Under the pieces are notes generated by a model. That model ran no database searches and had not been told where the DNA came from. It worked only from the letters and a program-made list of their open reading frames with translations. A stretch of 64,000 bases of DNA from positions 22,072,001 to 22,136,000 of the forward strand of contig OZ281495.1 of NCBI GenBank assembly GCA_965637545.1, read 5' to 3'. A program made the translations under genes and the position numbers. Of this stretch, positions 12,801 through 26,289 are shown piece by piece (positions within the stretch are counted from its first letter, which is position 1; every line of letters begins with the position of its first letter). The DNA comes from Phallusia mammillata. Its lineage: Eukaryota.

Positions 12801-15800
12801 TGTGAGATCTCTTTGCAGGTTTGGGTGTCACGTTTTGTAGACTTTCCGATGCTTGATTTTCTTCCTCTTTTTGATCTGTTTGATGACTTTTGCTGGTAAC
12901 ATCCTCGTCATCGGTGGAGTCTGGAATAACTCTGTATGTTTTTATAGGTAGAGGCACAGGCTTTCTTGTTATCGCTTCCACAGCTTCGTCCAATCGTTTC
13001 TGCTTAACCTCTTCCAGCGATTCGTCAGGTGCGGTCTGTGATTGTTTCAGCTGCTTTGCTCTTGTTCGCAGAGATGGGGCGCTTCGCATTGACTTTCTTA
13101 TAATTCTCTTGCTTACACGCCGAACCGGTTTCCCTTCCTTTTCGTTGCCTTCGCTTTCATCTGCTTCATTTAGGTAAGCATCTAAATACTTTTTGCGATA
13201 CTGCGCCTTTGGAGCCGAATCGTCAGGCTTTTTCTCATCATCTGCCGCCTCTTTGAATGCCTTTATTCTCTCGGCAAGGGGAACGGAGTGTCTAGCTGAC
13301 GCACGCAGGACTTTTCGCACAGTACCTTGCTTGTCTTGTACCTTAACATATTTAGACAAGCGTAGTTTTCTCGGTCTTCCCACTGGCACAGCTTCGTTGT
13401 TTTCTTTATCTTCTCCTTCCTGACCTGGTAGAGCAAGGCTGGATCCGGTCGACTGGGGTTTTACGCGCCGTGAAACTCGAATGACAGATTTTCTTCCGAA
13501 GGAGGATCTGGTTGCAGAGTTCAAAGTAATTTTGCCTTCAGCGAGAACCCTTTCACTTTCCGATTGTTTTTCGGTTTCATCTGCTCAAAAAATAAATCAT
13601 AAATACGTTGCAAGAAATACAACGAAACTTATTGATATACAATATACAAATGTATTACGAAACTGTAAAATACATTATAGATTTTTTACTAACGGTTTGG
13701 TAAACATATCAAATATCCCACCTTTACTTTCGTTGTTTTGTTCTGGAGATGTTCTCATAGAACGTCTTATTTTTCTAACAGATACTTTTCGTGGCATCAC
13801 TGAGTTTTCTGACGAATCTCCAACCTTATATTCACTAGCTGGTGTTTTAGTTGGGTTGAACTTGACAATTCTTGACATTCGAAGTTTTCCAGGTCTTTGT
13901 CTCGGTTTGTCGGTTTCATTTCCATCGGGTTTAAGCGACGTCTTTTCAAAGTTTTCTGGGGTTCCTTCAGGGTCCACTTTGGGTGACCTTCTCACTTGAG
14001 AAGCACGTATACGTCGCGACTGGCCTTGAGCAAGGAAGCTGGGTGGCGGCTTGCTTTCGGTGGTGGCTGAAGCTTCGTTGCCATCATTTGGGCGCACTTT
14101 TATGCTTTTTACCCGCACACGGCGTGAAACTTTTCGCACCGGGGCTGCTGTTTCTTTGCCTTCGGATTGAGTGACTTCTGACTTGTCCGTATCGGTGTTC
14201 TGAGCTGCTAGGAATGCTCGGCGACGTGTTGACAATGATGTTTTTATCATGCGGACGGATTCGCGTGGCCTTTGTTTTGTTCCATTGCCGTCGGGTTGAA
14301 GAGTCGTTGTGGAAGTTGCCGAATCTTGATCATCATTTTTGTCTGCGGCTGTTTTAAAAACATAACGTAAAAAGGAATCAGTATTTTGCCATTGTACACA
14401 CATATGATATAACTCGAACACGAATCAAACAAAAACAATGGTTCATTTGAGCCTCAACCCAATCGCTTTGCATAAAAAGGCTAGTTTTTTGATCCAGTAC
14501 TTAAATATATTGAAAAGGCGTTTGTAACCCAGCTAAAGAGTCACAATGAGTTTATTTGTATGTTTTGTTGCTTTAATTTTATAATTTTATAACTTATTTT
14601 GTCGTTTTCAGCCAGTTGTGCCCTTGCAGTTAGCAAAGAACTGATCCTTTAGTACGTTAAGGAAAAACCGATATTTTTTCGACATACCCAAGGTATGAAA
14701 CTTGCGTCGCATTTCTTCATCCGGACCATCACGGACCGACTTTCGCACTGACTTTCGAACACGCACAGTTCTTTTCTTTCCTGCTGCGCCAGCCCCATCT
14801 CCTTCAAGGTTCGCCATTCTTTGTTTCAACGTCAACTCACCGCGAACAGAGGACCGGACACGCCGTTTCTGTAAAGCCATACACTTTACTTGCCAACTTC
14901 AACAATTAATTTGCTACTGTAAGTCACCAAATGCACAATCAAATATTTAAAAAACAAAAAGCACAATGCGGCATTTTTTAGTTCAGGATTGGTTCGATTT
15001 CGACCAAACTATAAATATTTTTTTAATGTAAATGGCACTTTGCATTATGCTCTGCTTTATAAAGTTACTTCTTATTGCATGGCGTAGATGGTTCAAGCTA
15101 AGGCGTGGGAATATTCTATGTTTTGCTTGATTGTGGATGCATATCCATATATAGTTCAAGATAAATGTACTTGAAAGAATGTATGCGCGAGCCGCTTAAA
15201 TTTCGGCAGAATTGCACTATGTGTTGTAAGGTTTTAGCGCAAACTAACAACGTATACGGCATTAACTAAAATGTTGATTTGCATAACTTATTTGCATTAA
15301 ACAAAGAGATAAAAACAACGCATTTTGTGTATACATATAGTGTCCCTTTGCCGATGCCTGTAGTCGTTTTGTTTCCCGAAACGCAATTACGCATACACAA
15401 AAGGTGGGATGGTGCTTCTTATCCAAAACAAACAAGCTTGCCTTGTTATAAAAACAGGAAACGATGCGAATGGTTTATGTTTGCAAGGCTTTAAAGTAGC
15501 CTATGCCCTACAAGTCCAATAAAAGTTAAACAAGCCTAGGTTGGAAAATGATCAACATTGTATACTTTTCTCATTTTTATTGTCTACGTTAGTTTAAATT
15601 TTTAAAAAACAATGATATGGCAAACTGACACTTCCATGCTATGAAAGCATAGAACTACCCGTTACAAATACTTAACACTATGGTTTTATGCATTTTTAAT
15701 GCTTGTTTGGAATCGTTACTTTTAAATAACTGGTTCTAGTTCTCTTTGTGTTACATTCAATACACATGCAGATAAAACGACACCATAATTACGTCACAAT

Positions 15801-16642
15801 ACGTAAAAATGTAAAACTTAGAGGCTACTACATAATGTGCTTTCAAAGCTGTGTTCACGTTATTATTTATCAAAGTATGTCAAAAACTTTTTTAAATCCG
15901 CATTTAAAATGCCTCACTTTAGAACGCATGTATACTGTGAACGATCAAAAAACCATACGAGAACACAATAGGTTAAACGGAAGTCATTCAGTTGATTTTG
16001 AGTTTGTGAAAGTTTCGTATAAATAAGTATTGACTTGTGCGCTATACCACATCATAAGTTACTCACTTGTGGCTGCAAACCCTTTTGTTCGCTGCCGTCA
16101 TCTTCATCAGGTGGTTTGTTAATGACCTTGATTCGCTTGGAGATGACGCGGGCACGATTTTTAACGTTGATCGTATTTTCTCCGCCTGTGAGATATGCAC
16201 AAAATTTCAAATTGAGATTTTGATATGTGTCACGTGTATTAGCCTCAATAAGAAAAAAACTGTCGTTGAAATTGCATGAAACGTATTTATTTCATTATTC
16301 AGACGTCTCGACTAAACTACGCTTATGATCAGTCATTTATCTTAGCTTATAAATATTCTCTAAATTGGTCTGTCAAAAACAGGTTGATATTTCAAAAGTG
16401 TAATTCAAGGAAAATTAATTTTCTTATTTACACTTGGGTTCTTACCAACATTCAACAGTTTTCACGGTGAAAAATGTCAAACTGATAGTTGTTCTGCCCT
16501 CATGTAACAAACAGATCTTATACATTTTTAAACTCTTCAAAGAAAACTGAACGTTTATAATTGAAAATAAAAATACGTAGTTTATTTGGAACTTTTGCCA
16601 GAAACGAACAACAGGTACAAAAAACTTACCTTCGGAATTCAT
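9862..16642 (-). CDS. Uncharacterised ~1497-aa low-complexity protein (exons 16642-16630, 16185-16067, 14868-14688, 14348-13722, 13580-10566, 10400-9862)
   Basis: All five introns are GT-AG and phase-compatible, giving a 4494-nt CDS. The same basic RxSxR motif recurs across exons. AATAAA overlaps the stop codon. No known domain was recognised. Confidence 0.75.
11325..12690 (-). repeat. Coding tandem repeat, ~32 units of ~42 bp (14 aa, consensus PATTETYEEPVDEK)
   Basis: Directly visible in the DNA and in ORF 10555..13524; the central units are nearly identical. Confidence 0.95.
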
Positions 16643-18038
16643 GTTCCGTTCTTATTTCTTGATATAGACAGTCCTCTGCGTTCACACAAGGTTATCTTGT
16701 CAGTGTGGCCTACTGTATAACGTCTTATATGTTAATCTACCTTAAACAAACCAGTTCATCTGCATGACAAAAGTGCAAAAAATGTTAGTCAACCATTTAC
16801 AAATACGGAAGCGGTCTCCATGAGAATGAGAACCTGATATCTCTACCCAGCTAATGAAAGGCTTATCTCCACCCAGCTGCCTAACAATCTGGACTTACTG
16901 TGTAAGGTTCTAACTTTAGATAGCTGACAGTGGGATGAGACAAAGATGACGTGCGTTGTTGTTCCTTCCGGACCAATACCGCGCTTGGTGAATCACAAAT
17001 AGCCTCACACACGCTTTGCCCCTCTATCCTTAATTAATAAACATTTGCTTCGTTTTTTTGAAGAGTAAGATGCCTTAGAACGCGTCTGTAGGGCGAACGC
17101 GGAAACGACCCGCGACTTACTCGAATTGCTGGGCTTAGTGATTTAACGCCTCCTCAACCAGGAAGGAGTTGGCGGCCTTTTTTAAAGCATGACACAATGC
17201 ACCACATCTTTATAAACTTGCAATACCAATTTAATTACCGGATTCACTCACGTTTTAAAAATGTATCAATGCTTTCGGTTTTATTATTTCAACAAAACGA
17301 AATCGACTGTGTGCTGTGGAAAAAAAAGACTATACCGGCGTGCAAGGCGACAGGAAACGAGCCTCCGCATACTCGTATATAATCACTCAACAGGTAATGT
17401 AAATATTGCACTTAACAAATGACAACGACATGCAACACGGGGGGTTAAACAGTCTCTATTGCAACAGCATTAGAATATGCTTATTTCAAGCCCTCATTCT
17501 CCCACTGATAAGTAGACGATGTCAGAAACTATTTCACGAATACGGATTTGAGTCTATTGTTATAAAGAAGTGCTTTAAAAGTTGGACGGAAATGACGCCA
17601 TTACCTGCCACATATAGCAAAACGATATGTAAAATAACACTGAGTTGGTTTGGTTTGCGAGCCCTGAGAAAGTTTTTGAAGTACTTTACAGAAGTCAACA
17701 GTTAAAAAGTTAAATATTCACGACCTTGGAACGTAAATACGTAATAAAATAGAATACGTAAATGGGGGCAGAATGTTGTGCCATCTCGACGCTGCTAAGT
17801 GAATGCACGTAAATAAAAATGTCTGTGCAATGCCATGCGAAAAAACGAAAAATTGGCGAAATTAAGAGACAGTGAGAAGAAAAAGTGCAAATAAAAGTCC
17901 ATCAATAAATACGAAACGTTTCGTTGATGCGTACCACACGTCTTTACCCCCGGTAGACTGCGCAACTTCATATTCTATCGGAGTTAATGTTCCAGCCCAT
18001 TGTTTTTATTTTGACTTCTTGTTGTTATTTTTGTGCAT

Positions 18039-21000
18039 TTAAGTTCCAGCGCACGACACGTGTGTACCGCTTACACCTGGAGGGATTGGACGAAAGGGTT
18101 GCGCTACTGACGCGCTGCTGTTAGGCCTCAGTGAGATGACGTCATCCATATTGACACCAGATGGCGTAGGAGGGCAAGAGCGCGCTTTGCGATCCACCAC
18201 GAGTATGGCTTGAAACAACCTCTTAGCTGCAAAGCGTTTGTTTTTTACGCCCATAGTTTCTGAATCGCTGGCACAAGAAACCATTTTATCGGAAATCTGA
18301 TCTTCGTCAGTTAGGTCATCTTCATCATGGTGTTGTACGTTTAAAGAGGCTGTAGTTGGTTTGTTTGTAAGCTGCTCGGTTGGTAAGCGGGTCGATGAAT
18401 CCATAAGACCGTTCATGTCTTTTTTAGTATTCCATTGGTCGTTAGATGGCGATAAGGAGATGTTGTTGTTAGAATCTGAGAAAACAAAGGTATATGCCAA
18501 GTGACTAATTAAAAATAGCAGTAAACTATATGCGCATAACCGTAATAAAAAAAGTTTGTCATAAATAAGTTTTAAGGCACCAAATTTTTATTGACCACAA
18601 CTTACCGATATCCATTTCTTCGTTTTCGGCAGTAGGGCGGGCTGGTGATGCGATACAGCTGGGTGGCGCAGAGTGCGACAAGCCGCGCTGTAAATCTGGT
18701 CGCAGGAAATTTCCCTCGAGGTTTTTTTCTCTTTCCTCTAATTCTTGACACGAGGAGGGAGAAGCTGGGTAAGCCTCCATCATGACGTCATTTTCTTCAT
18801 CCACCTCCTCGTCCTCATCATAATGCTCGGTGATGACGATTAATTGATCGTCGTCCTGGTAAGTTTCAACCCGGCTCGGATGTTTCTGTTTACGGTAAAA
18901 GCACTCCGACTCCTCGGACGAAGATTTCCTCGCATCCTCGCCCGATGATGACGTATCCCCATTGAGCGCAAAGGAGCGATCGTCAGAGCCGTGAAGCACG
19001 TCGTCAAGTGACGATGCTGAGGCCAACCCTGATCCAGTGCTTTGCTTGTGCAATTTTTTTAAGCGCCACTTAGCGGGCATCATGTGGTTCGGACTTGCTG
19101 GCAAGGAGGTACTTGATCCACAGTCGCTGAACGGGTTGACTATCTTAGAACGCTCCTTGTCAAAAACCATTCCTGGACTTTTGTCTGGTGCACGAGATTG
19201 ACGAATTGGGGAGGCAGTATCACCGCCAAATCGTCCTAACTTGGGGTGCAAGGACAGTTCAACGTCGGCCTCAGGTTGCACCAAATTATTAAAGCTGGGT
19301 CGTTTCCGACTTGGGCTTGGCGGTATGGGCGTCGATGAATCTGATAGACGAAGGTTCTTAAACGGCGACAGCGACAACAGCGATGAAACCGAAGCGGTCT
19401 GACGTAACGACTGCATAGATGGCGACGAAACCACAGTTTTGTCATTCGGAGCCGGGCTAAGCAAAGAATCCATTGAGGAAGCTGCAATCATTGTGCATGA
19501 TTAGGAACTGCACAAACGCCACTTACGCCACTACTGTCAGCCTATTTCCTGTTTCCCGTTATACTGGATTTATGCATTGATCTTCAAACCAACCCTGGCA
19601 GTTTAAATTTTACCCATGGTTTGCACGTCCCTTACATTACAAATTCACAGCCAACTGATCTAATGACTTAAAAATTGTTACAATTTCTTCATCTCCCTAC
19701 ACATACCTGTTCTGTTCTTGCGCTTTGATTTGCACAAGTTAAGTGGCTCGCTCTGCATGCCGTCTTTGTCATATCGAACACCTGTATAAAATCATTCAAC
19801 ACTTTGTTGTCTGACACTAAACCAAAAAAAGGGTTTAAACCAGCCACACTTACCGTTGTGCTTCCTGCCAAGGGAATGAGTGTATCCGTTTCCATTATAG
19901 CGACTGTAAAATGGGGAAGTGGTTTCAGACCGTGCTGGACTTCTTACGTCATGTTCTGGCCTTTTTAGCTCAATGAAACCGGCTCTAACAGGTTTCGGAT
20001 TTGTGTGTGTCGATGTCCTGTCGGGCATCCCACCTGAAAACAACAAAGCACTTGTAGTTGACCACTACGTATTGTACTACAATACATATTCACTCCTAAA
20101 TGCTCGCTCTTCCAAATTCTTAACAGGGTTTTTGTGTTTAGAATAACATGTTTTGTGAAAGTTTAGAATACATTTTCCAACACGTTTATTTCGCTAGTGC
20201 TAGCGAAGTTTTTGATATGTAATATCGCTTCCTTGAAGCCGTGAATCCATTGCACGGTCAACATGCGCGTATTAGGACGGTTCAGCGGCGTTGCAAGCAT
20301 TCGTGGAAATGCCATTCGTTTACTGAACACGTTACCTGACAACACGCTACCACTTGTGGTCGATCCAAAACTCTGTAGTTCTTCCGGGGTGGGTTTGCGC
20401 AGCTCCACCATAGGGACTTTACGGTTATCGCCTGCTGTTTCCCAAGAGGAGCGTCGGTCGACTGTGTATAATATATACCAAATGATTTCTAGAAATTCGG
20501 GTTATTTGAAGTCACGCGTTTATTAAAATTTGTGGCAGGCACGAAAAAAATGTCAATGGGGTCGTAAGTTATTACCCATCGGATATAAATTAAATAAACT
20601 AGAGAGTGGCTTATTTTTTTCTGCAAAATACCAATTGTAGCGAAGAATGGTTTAAAGCATTAATCTTAATACTGTAGAAACTTTTTTCAGCCACGTTTGC
20701 CTAAGTTTGTCACTTTATTGTCCAATATTTATTTCCAATTTTGTCTACAACTAGTTTAAACGTTGTATTATTTGTTTTGCAGTCTTGTCACTGGTTTATT
20801 CATTTTATCGGTAAGCTGTGACTAATAAACAACAGTTGGTGCAGAATATTACCTTGCGAGTTCCCTTCCATCGAAGTGATGCGATCGGAGCTGCTGCTGC
20901 GGTCTGACGCTGGGCGGCGAGCCTCGCGAGTGTACGCCTGTAGGAAGTTATGCATATACATGTATCTGTTTTGTGTAAATAAGCTGGTTTGCTTGTGTTG

Positions 21001-21992
21001 CAACAAGAAGTGCTGCTCGTGCGTTATCAGCACATCCGGAACTACCAAGCCAGCATGACCCGCCACAACGCCAGTCACGAATGTGACGTCACTGAACATA
21101 GCGTCGCGTCGCAAAGCCTCATTCCGGTGGTGGGTATTTTTAGCCGACAGCCCTAGAACAATGCCCATGGGTGTGACGTGAGCCAACAGTCGGGAGGAAA
21201 CACTGCAAATGGTCTTGGACTGGGACGCTCCAACAACTAGGTGATTATTATCAATCCGAAACAAATTTAACTGTTCTCTGTTCCATAATGTGCAATTAAT
21301 TGTAATGGCCCAACTCAAAAAATAAAAAGCTCACTATGAAGGCTGTAAGTAAACCCGTGGCTGTTTAAATATTCAAAGTCAGTGCATTATTTTCGTACAT
21401 AAGATACCAAACTAAGCTTAATATGTTTCTATAAAGCAGAAGTGGTAGTAGACTGTGCGCAAATGACTAACACCATTTCCGGAGCAGGCATGGGAAATGA
21501 TCTAAGAACATGTTGCGTTTCATGCGGCATTTAAAGTTCACGACTTTGTTTGGCTTGCTTGGATCGACAGAAGGTTTATGGAGACTCACATGACTCAGTG
21601 CTAATAAATGTAACAAAAACTGCAATAAAATAACTAGCTAATGCGACTGCACAACCGGGATCAGAATGTTTTTCAATTTAATATAGCCTCCAACCGACAG
21701 TTTGAAAAGCAATCTACATGACCTTTAGTGGTTCGGTTTCATAAATCTTATAGTTGCTTTTAGCTTAATTATAACTGCTGTAAAAATATGTATATGTCTA
21801 AAAAAGATATGCAACATCATGATGTGTGAGTTGTCATGTCATAAAATAGGGAAACCGCAAATCTGTAATAATCCATTACCTGAATATCCTCTGGTTTAAA
21901 GGAAAATAGCTCTGGATCCTTCGCGCGAACAGGCCTTCGATAATCGGTGCTTGCTTGCTGAGTGACGTCACTTCGACGTACCGGAGGTGCAG
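18039..21992 (-). CDS. Uncharacterised multi-exon coding region, either a 3' extension of the ETS gene or a separate gene (exons 21992-21880, 21619-21472, 21236-20853, 20461-20336, 20033-19854, 19781-19707, 19481-18606, 18475-~18039)
   Basis: A phase-compatible exon chain stays open throughout. It encodes a folded-looking segment (PEDIQFLLHLLALSHVSL...RNEALRRDAMFSDVTFVTG) followed by Ser/Pro-rich and acidic regions. The 3' end is uncertain. Confidence 0.65.
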
Positions 21993-22349
21993 CTGAAAAC
22001 ACAAAAGATATGTGACGCAACTCGTGCTGACAAACGCAACACGTCGGTGACCTTTCGTTATGTTGTGCCTGTGCATATAGTAACATTCATTTCCGCTGTC
22101 TTATAGATAGCGATGCTGTATGTGACCCATGCCAGGCAATAAACACAATGCCGCTTTTGAAACTGATAGTTTGCTTTGTCATCATAAAAGCGGAACTTTG
22201 AATCTGTTTTAAGCGGTTTGACACGTTGTGCGAAACTATCTCTGAGGCTGGTGCCAAGGGCGCTTAAAAATTTTGTGCGAAGCTCGATCAGTACTTAGTA
22301 ATCTGGAAATATCCACATCCGCTTAAAACGCACTGGGTATTTTACTTAC

Positions 22350-25300
22350 TGATTGGGCTTCCATACATCGCGTACGGTGAGGGTATGAGAGGCAAAAAAC
22401 CGTACTCCAGCGCTACATCGCTCATTCGCCGTGCAGAACCGAAATCTTTTAGCCCGCGATCTTCTGGGAAAGATGCAAAGTGTTTTGGTGGTATATCACC
22501 CACAGCATTATGCAGCATTTTCTTATTTATGTTTTAATGTCTTAAACAAATGTATTGTCGTAACCGAAGGTACATATTATCACATACATTATACTGTACA
22601 TTAATTAGCTGACAAATTCAGCACACACTTAAATCAGTCTGTATATTTCTTATGCGAAACACTTTGGAAATCGATTTCGCCCAAATATATGGCATCGTCA
22701 GTCCTAAACAGGAAACAAATAAATCACGATGTAAAAAGATAAAAATTCTTTTACATTTTTATCTTTTTACATCGTGATTTATTTGTTTCCTGTTTAGGAC
22801 TGACGATGCCATATATTTGGGCGAAATCGATTTCCAAAGTGTTTCGCATAAGAAATATACAGACTGATTTAAGTGTGTGCTGAATTTGTCAGCTAATTAA
22901 TGTCTATATATGTGACTGGAATCGTCTGTTGAGCAGCCGTGGATCAGGACGATTTCTGTATTAGTATATCGATATACATTATACTGTACTTATAGTTTCA
23001 CGTTTTCACTACCTACCTGCAAAGTAATGTTGCAATCTCTGATGCACAGGGGAAAAGGCGTGTTGTGCATATTGGTGACGAGAGTACGGTGTCGTCGACG
23101 AATACGTACGTTTGCTCCTCGACTGTTCGATAGCGCTCCGAATTTTGTCTTTGGTGTCATATACCGGAGGCGGCGTGTTGGTCTTTGAATTAGTTTACAG
23201 CATACATTAACGCAGGGTTTAGGCGGCCAAAGATAGTCAGGCATTTTAACAAACAATAGTACATGATAGAGGGCGGTTTGTGTTAAGCATAAGCTGCGAT
23301 TACCGACATCATTTATCACAAAAAACCTGCTACACTCACCAAAGCAGGCTCCAAAATCTCCCGTTTAATGATAGGTGATGTCTTTTCTTGGGCCCTAGGT
23401 CTCGTCGCTTTCCATACATCCTCCTTTGCTTCACCATCGTTTGACAGATCTTTACTTGTCGACCAGTGGCGTGGCCAATACGCGCTTTTCATACTCAGGG
23501 GACTCATCCAGTAAGGTGGAAGTTTCCGCTGTTCAGCTGCTGCTGTCTGAAGGGTATGACGGGTTCGGTGAGGAGATACAAGAGCTGACGCGTAATTGGA
23601 ACGCTGGGAAAGACCGGAAACGCGATCTTCGTGAAGAGCTCTGTCGCGATAGAACAAATCCGAAGGATGGAGGGGTATGGGTTGTATGGGCATTTTTAAT
23701 CCCCTGTCTGTCTTTTTACAATCTATTCCGTTTCCGCGCATCTCTATTGCTTCCGCTTTGCGGTAAGAACTGTGATCCACACCATCGTAGTTTGGACTTT
23801 TTACTGGCCTATCGCCGTGCTGCATGTCAAGCTGTTCCGAGGCTGTGGACATAATAAATAACAGTTATTATCAGCAGTAGGTAATTGTATCTACTGGTTG
23901 TTCGGGTCTTACTCATTACCTTTGGCTTTCTTGGCATTTCTTCTCTTGACCATCATATCGAGCGCTGCCGCATTAAATTGGTAGGCGTAACGCTTTCCTT
24001 TGGATTTGTAGAGAATGCGCTTGTCGTAGTAATACCTAAAAAAGCAGTTTTGTAAAGATAGCAGTCTCTCGAGGTGAAACAGATTATCTGTTTGGGGCTA
24101 CACTATAAACGCATTTTATTATTATTTAGGACAAAGGAGCTGGGGTATAGAGACGGTATAGTGATGGACATATTCCAAACAGGTTATTTACCAAAACTGC
24201 AGAAAAAATGACCAGACATTATACCGTAACGCTCTGCTCAGCTTTTCGTAGTTCATCGCCGGTTTTCGCTTCCTTTCCCCCCACATCCTTGCGACCTCTG
24301 CTGGCTCCTAAAAAATAAAAGAAGATTTAATAGAAACCGCAAAACAGCATTGTGAAGCAAAAATGTGTCTAACATTTAAAAAGAATAAATACTTAATAAA
24401 TACCTACAGACAAAAATCAGAACCGACAAGGATCTATGGGTAGCGGCACAGACCGACCATATTTATAAATCACAGATATGGTATATATTACCATGCACCA
24501 GACTGACCCAAAGTGAGGTAAACTGGTGGTATAACATAAATTGCAGGCTACTTTAATGTGACACAAAACATTTTGTAACCAACGGAAATGATACAGAGTT
24601 ATTTATACCTGTCAGCAACAGTTATCGTTTACTGCGGACAATGCAAATTATAAATTGGGGGTTGGGCCTAAATAACTGTTTGCATGATTATTGTTCTCCG
24701 CTAGCCAACAGCCACTTCCGCGCTCGGAAGGGGTGACGCCATTTCTGTAACGTCAAAGCCCATTTAGGTTGCAAACCTTCCCTATATGTTAACGTGAATT
24801 AAAATAAAAAAAGGTAAATTCGGTGACTACAAAACCTTACAGGGTATTCATCATTATAATTTTTTATGGTTTGTTTTTTATATTTGTAAATAAATACCGA
24901 CATAATTTAGATTTTTATAACATGTAATGTGCTTTTATGGATGTTAAAGCAGCGAATCGGAAATGACGTAACTGACCGTAGGTCTCGAATGCTATACATC
25001 CCATCACGGGTCGAGCCATCATGACATCAAACAAGCTCATTCACATACAACCACGCGTTGCGTGACGTTTAAGTAAGTAGTTAGCAACGATACGTGATCG
25101 CTAATTCACAATCATGACGAAACAAACTCATTTATAGGACAATCCTTCGAACCTCTAATATCCACTTCAAGTTTATGTATATCCAATTAAATTCCTACAC
25201 GTTTATTTCAAACAAACATTATGCACATTGCCTTAGCAACCTTAATAACGAATTCTCCATGATCGCCTTCCCAGCTGATAATCTCAGAATATTCGCTATT

Positions 25301-26289
25301 TTGTAGCAGTTCGAGGATAAAGTGCCAAAGCTGTGTTTGCCTGTTTCCACCACAAATATCGCTCATCCAAGGTGGCGAAGGCGTGTCTGTGTCAGATTGC
25401 TCCGCTGTGAACATGTGAACAAGAACTAAGTGACGTTTACTGACGTTTACAAAAAACAACATTTCCAGGACATGTGTTCCGGACGTCGGTAATAAAGTAA
25501 TTGACGGTTTTCTAAACATGCTGTTGTCCCGTCATTGAGCTCACATGTAGGCGACTGTCACAACCTGCGACTTTGCGTTATTGTACTATGATGCACATTC
25601 GGTATTTAGTATTGGAAACCATGTTAATGCAATGTGTAACCCATAATATATAAATTCTGCAAAGTGTTGTCTATCATATGGTCTTTGACAAATAACATGT
25701 TGATTATTGTCTCAATACACAACATAATTTGTTTGTGACAATGTAAGGATATATTGGGCAATGAAAAACAATATTGAATTCAAATATCGTGTAATATGTG
25801 ATTTTCAGAACAATAAAAAATGATTTTTTCGACGTGCAAAAATGAAGTTTTTGTATGTTTACAAACGTAAGGTGGTTACCTAATTGCAATATCATGATAT
25901 TTATAAATGTAACTCTTATGCTCTTTAGCTTGCGTTTATGCCTTTGTTGTGCCTTGCGAAATTTATTCTGTACTTTGGGCATTGTTAACCAACGGTCCGA
26001 TGCGTATTCTTTACATTATTTCTGATGCTCGTAAAGATAACGAAACAAAACCAACCAGTTGAACACATAACGGGTATTGTAAAAAAACGCATACTGTCCT
26101 AAAATGTTTTAGCTTGTCAAAATCGATATTAGAAATTGTATAAAGCGCCACTGATGGTGTTGTAGTGCAGCAAACACTATATATTGCAAGCTGACAATAG
26201 CCGATGAAGAAAAACGCTGACGTTTTTATTTATTCTGAAACACAAGTCCCACCTGCTGCAGCAAATCCAGTTTCTTCGGAGGACGACAT
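22350..26289 (-). CDS. ERF: ETS transcription factor, ERF/ETV3 subfamily (exons 26289-26253, 25404-25241, 24307-24225, 24035-23920, 23842-23340, 23182-23017, 22463-22350)
   Basis: The spliced N-terminal ETS domain reads [75 protein letters not shown], matching the ERF/ETV3 signature. The first exon, [10 protein letters not shown], resembles ERF MKTPADTGFA. Confidence 0.85.
22661..22710 (-). ncRNA. Mirror copy of the hammerhead motif, sense to the ETS pre-mRNA
   Basis: Exact reverse complement of 22791-22840 in the left palindrome arm. Confidence 0.7.
22791..22840 (+). ncRNA. Minimal type I hammerhead ribozyme motif
   Basis: UUUAGGA-CUGACGA-U-GCC(AUAUAUUUG)GGC-GAAA-UCGA-UU-UCCAAA. It has the conserved core, a 3-bp stem II, a palindromic stem III and stem I GGA/UCC. 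Predicted cleavage is after 22832 (AUU). Confidence 0.7.

Larger units (their letters stand above)
22600..22973. mobile_element. Penelope-like (pLTR/retrozyme-type) foldback insertion in an ETS-gene intron
   Basis: Perfect 149-bp inverted repeat (22598-22746 / 22755-22903, 8-nt spacer) plus a 70-bp tail. It is flanked by the 16-bp direct repeat atacattatactgtac (22584-22599, 22974-22989) and contains hammerhead cores. Confidence 0.6.

Noticed and set aside
11269-13423. Multiple ORFs on other frames and strands (e.g. 11793..12707 -, 12206..12805 +, 12304..12738 +)
   Set aside because: These are shadow frames of the low-complexity repeat exon.
14869-14880. ATG at 14880 (MALQ) as the start of the orphan gene
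   Set aside because: The segment reads better as an intron end (tatggctttacag|AAA) that joins two upstream in-phase exons carrying the same basic motif. It could still be an alternative start.
25704-25982. ORF as the first exon of the ETS gene
   Set aside because: It is phase-compatible, but 26289-26253 has the ERF-like ETGFA motif and a better context.
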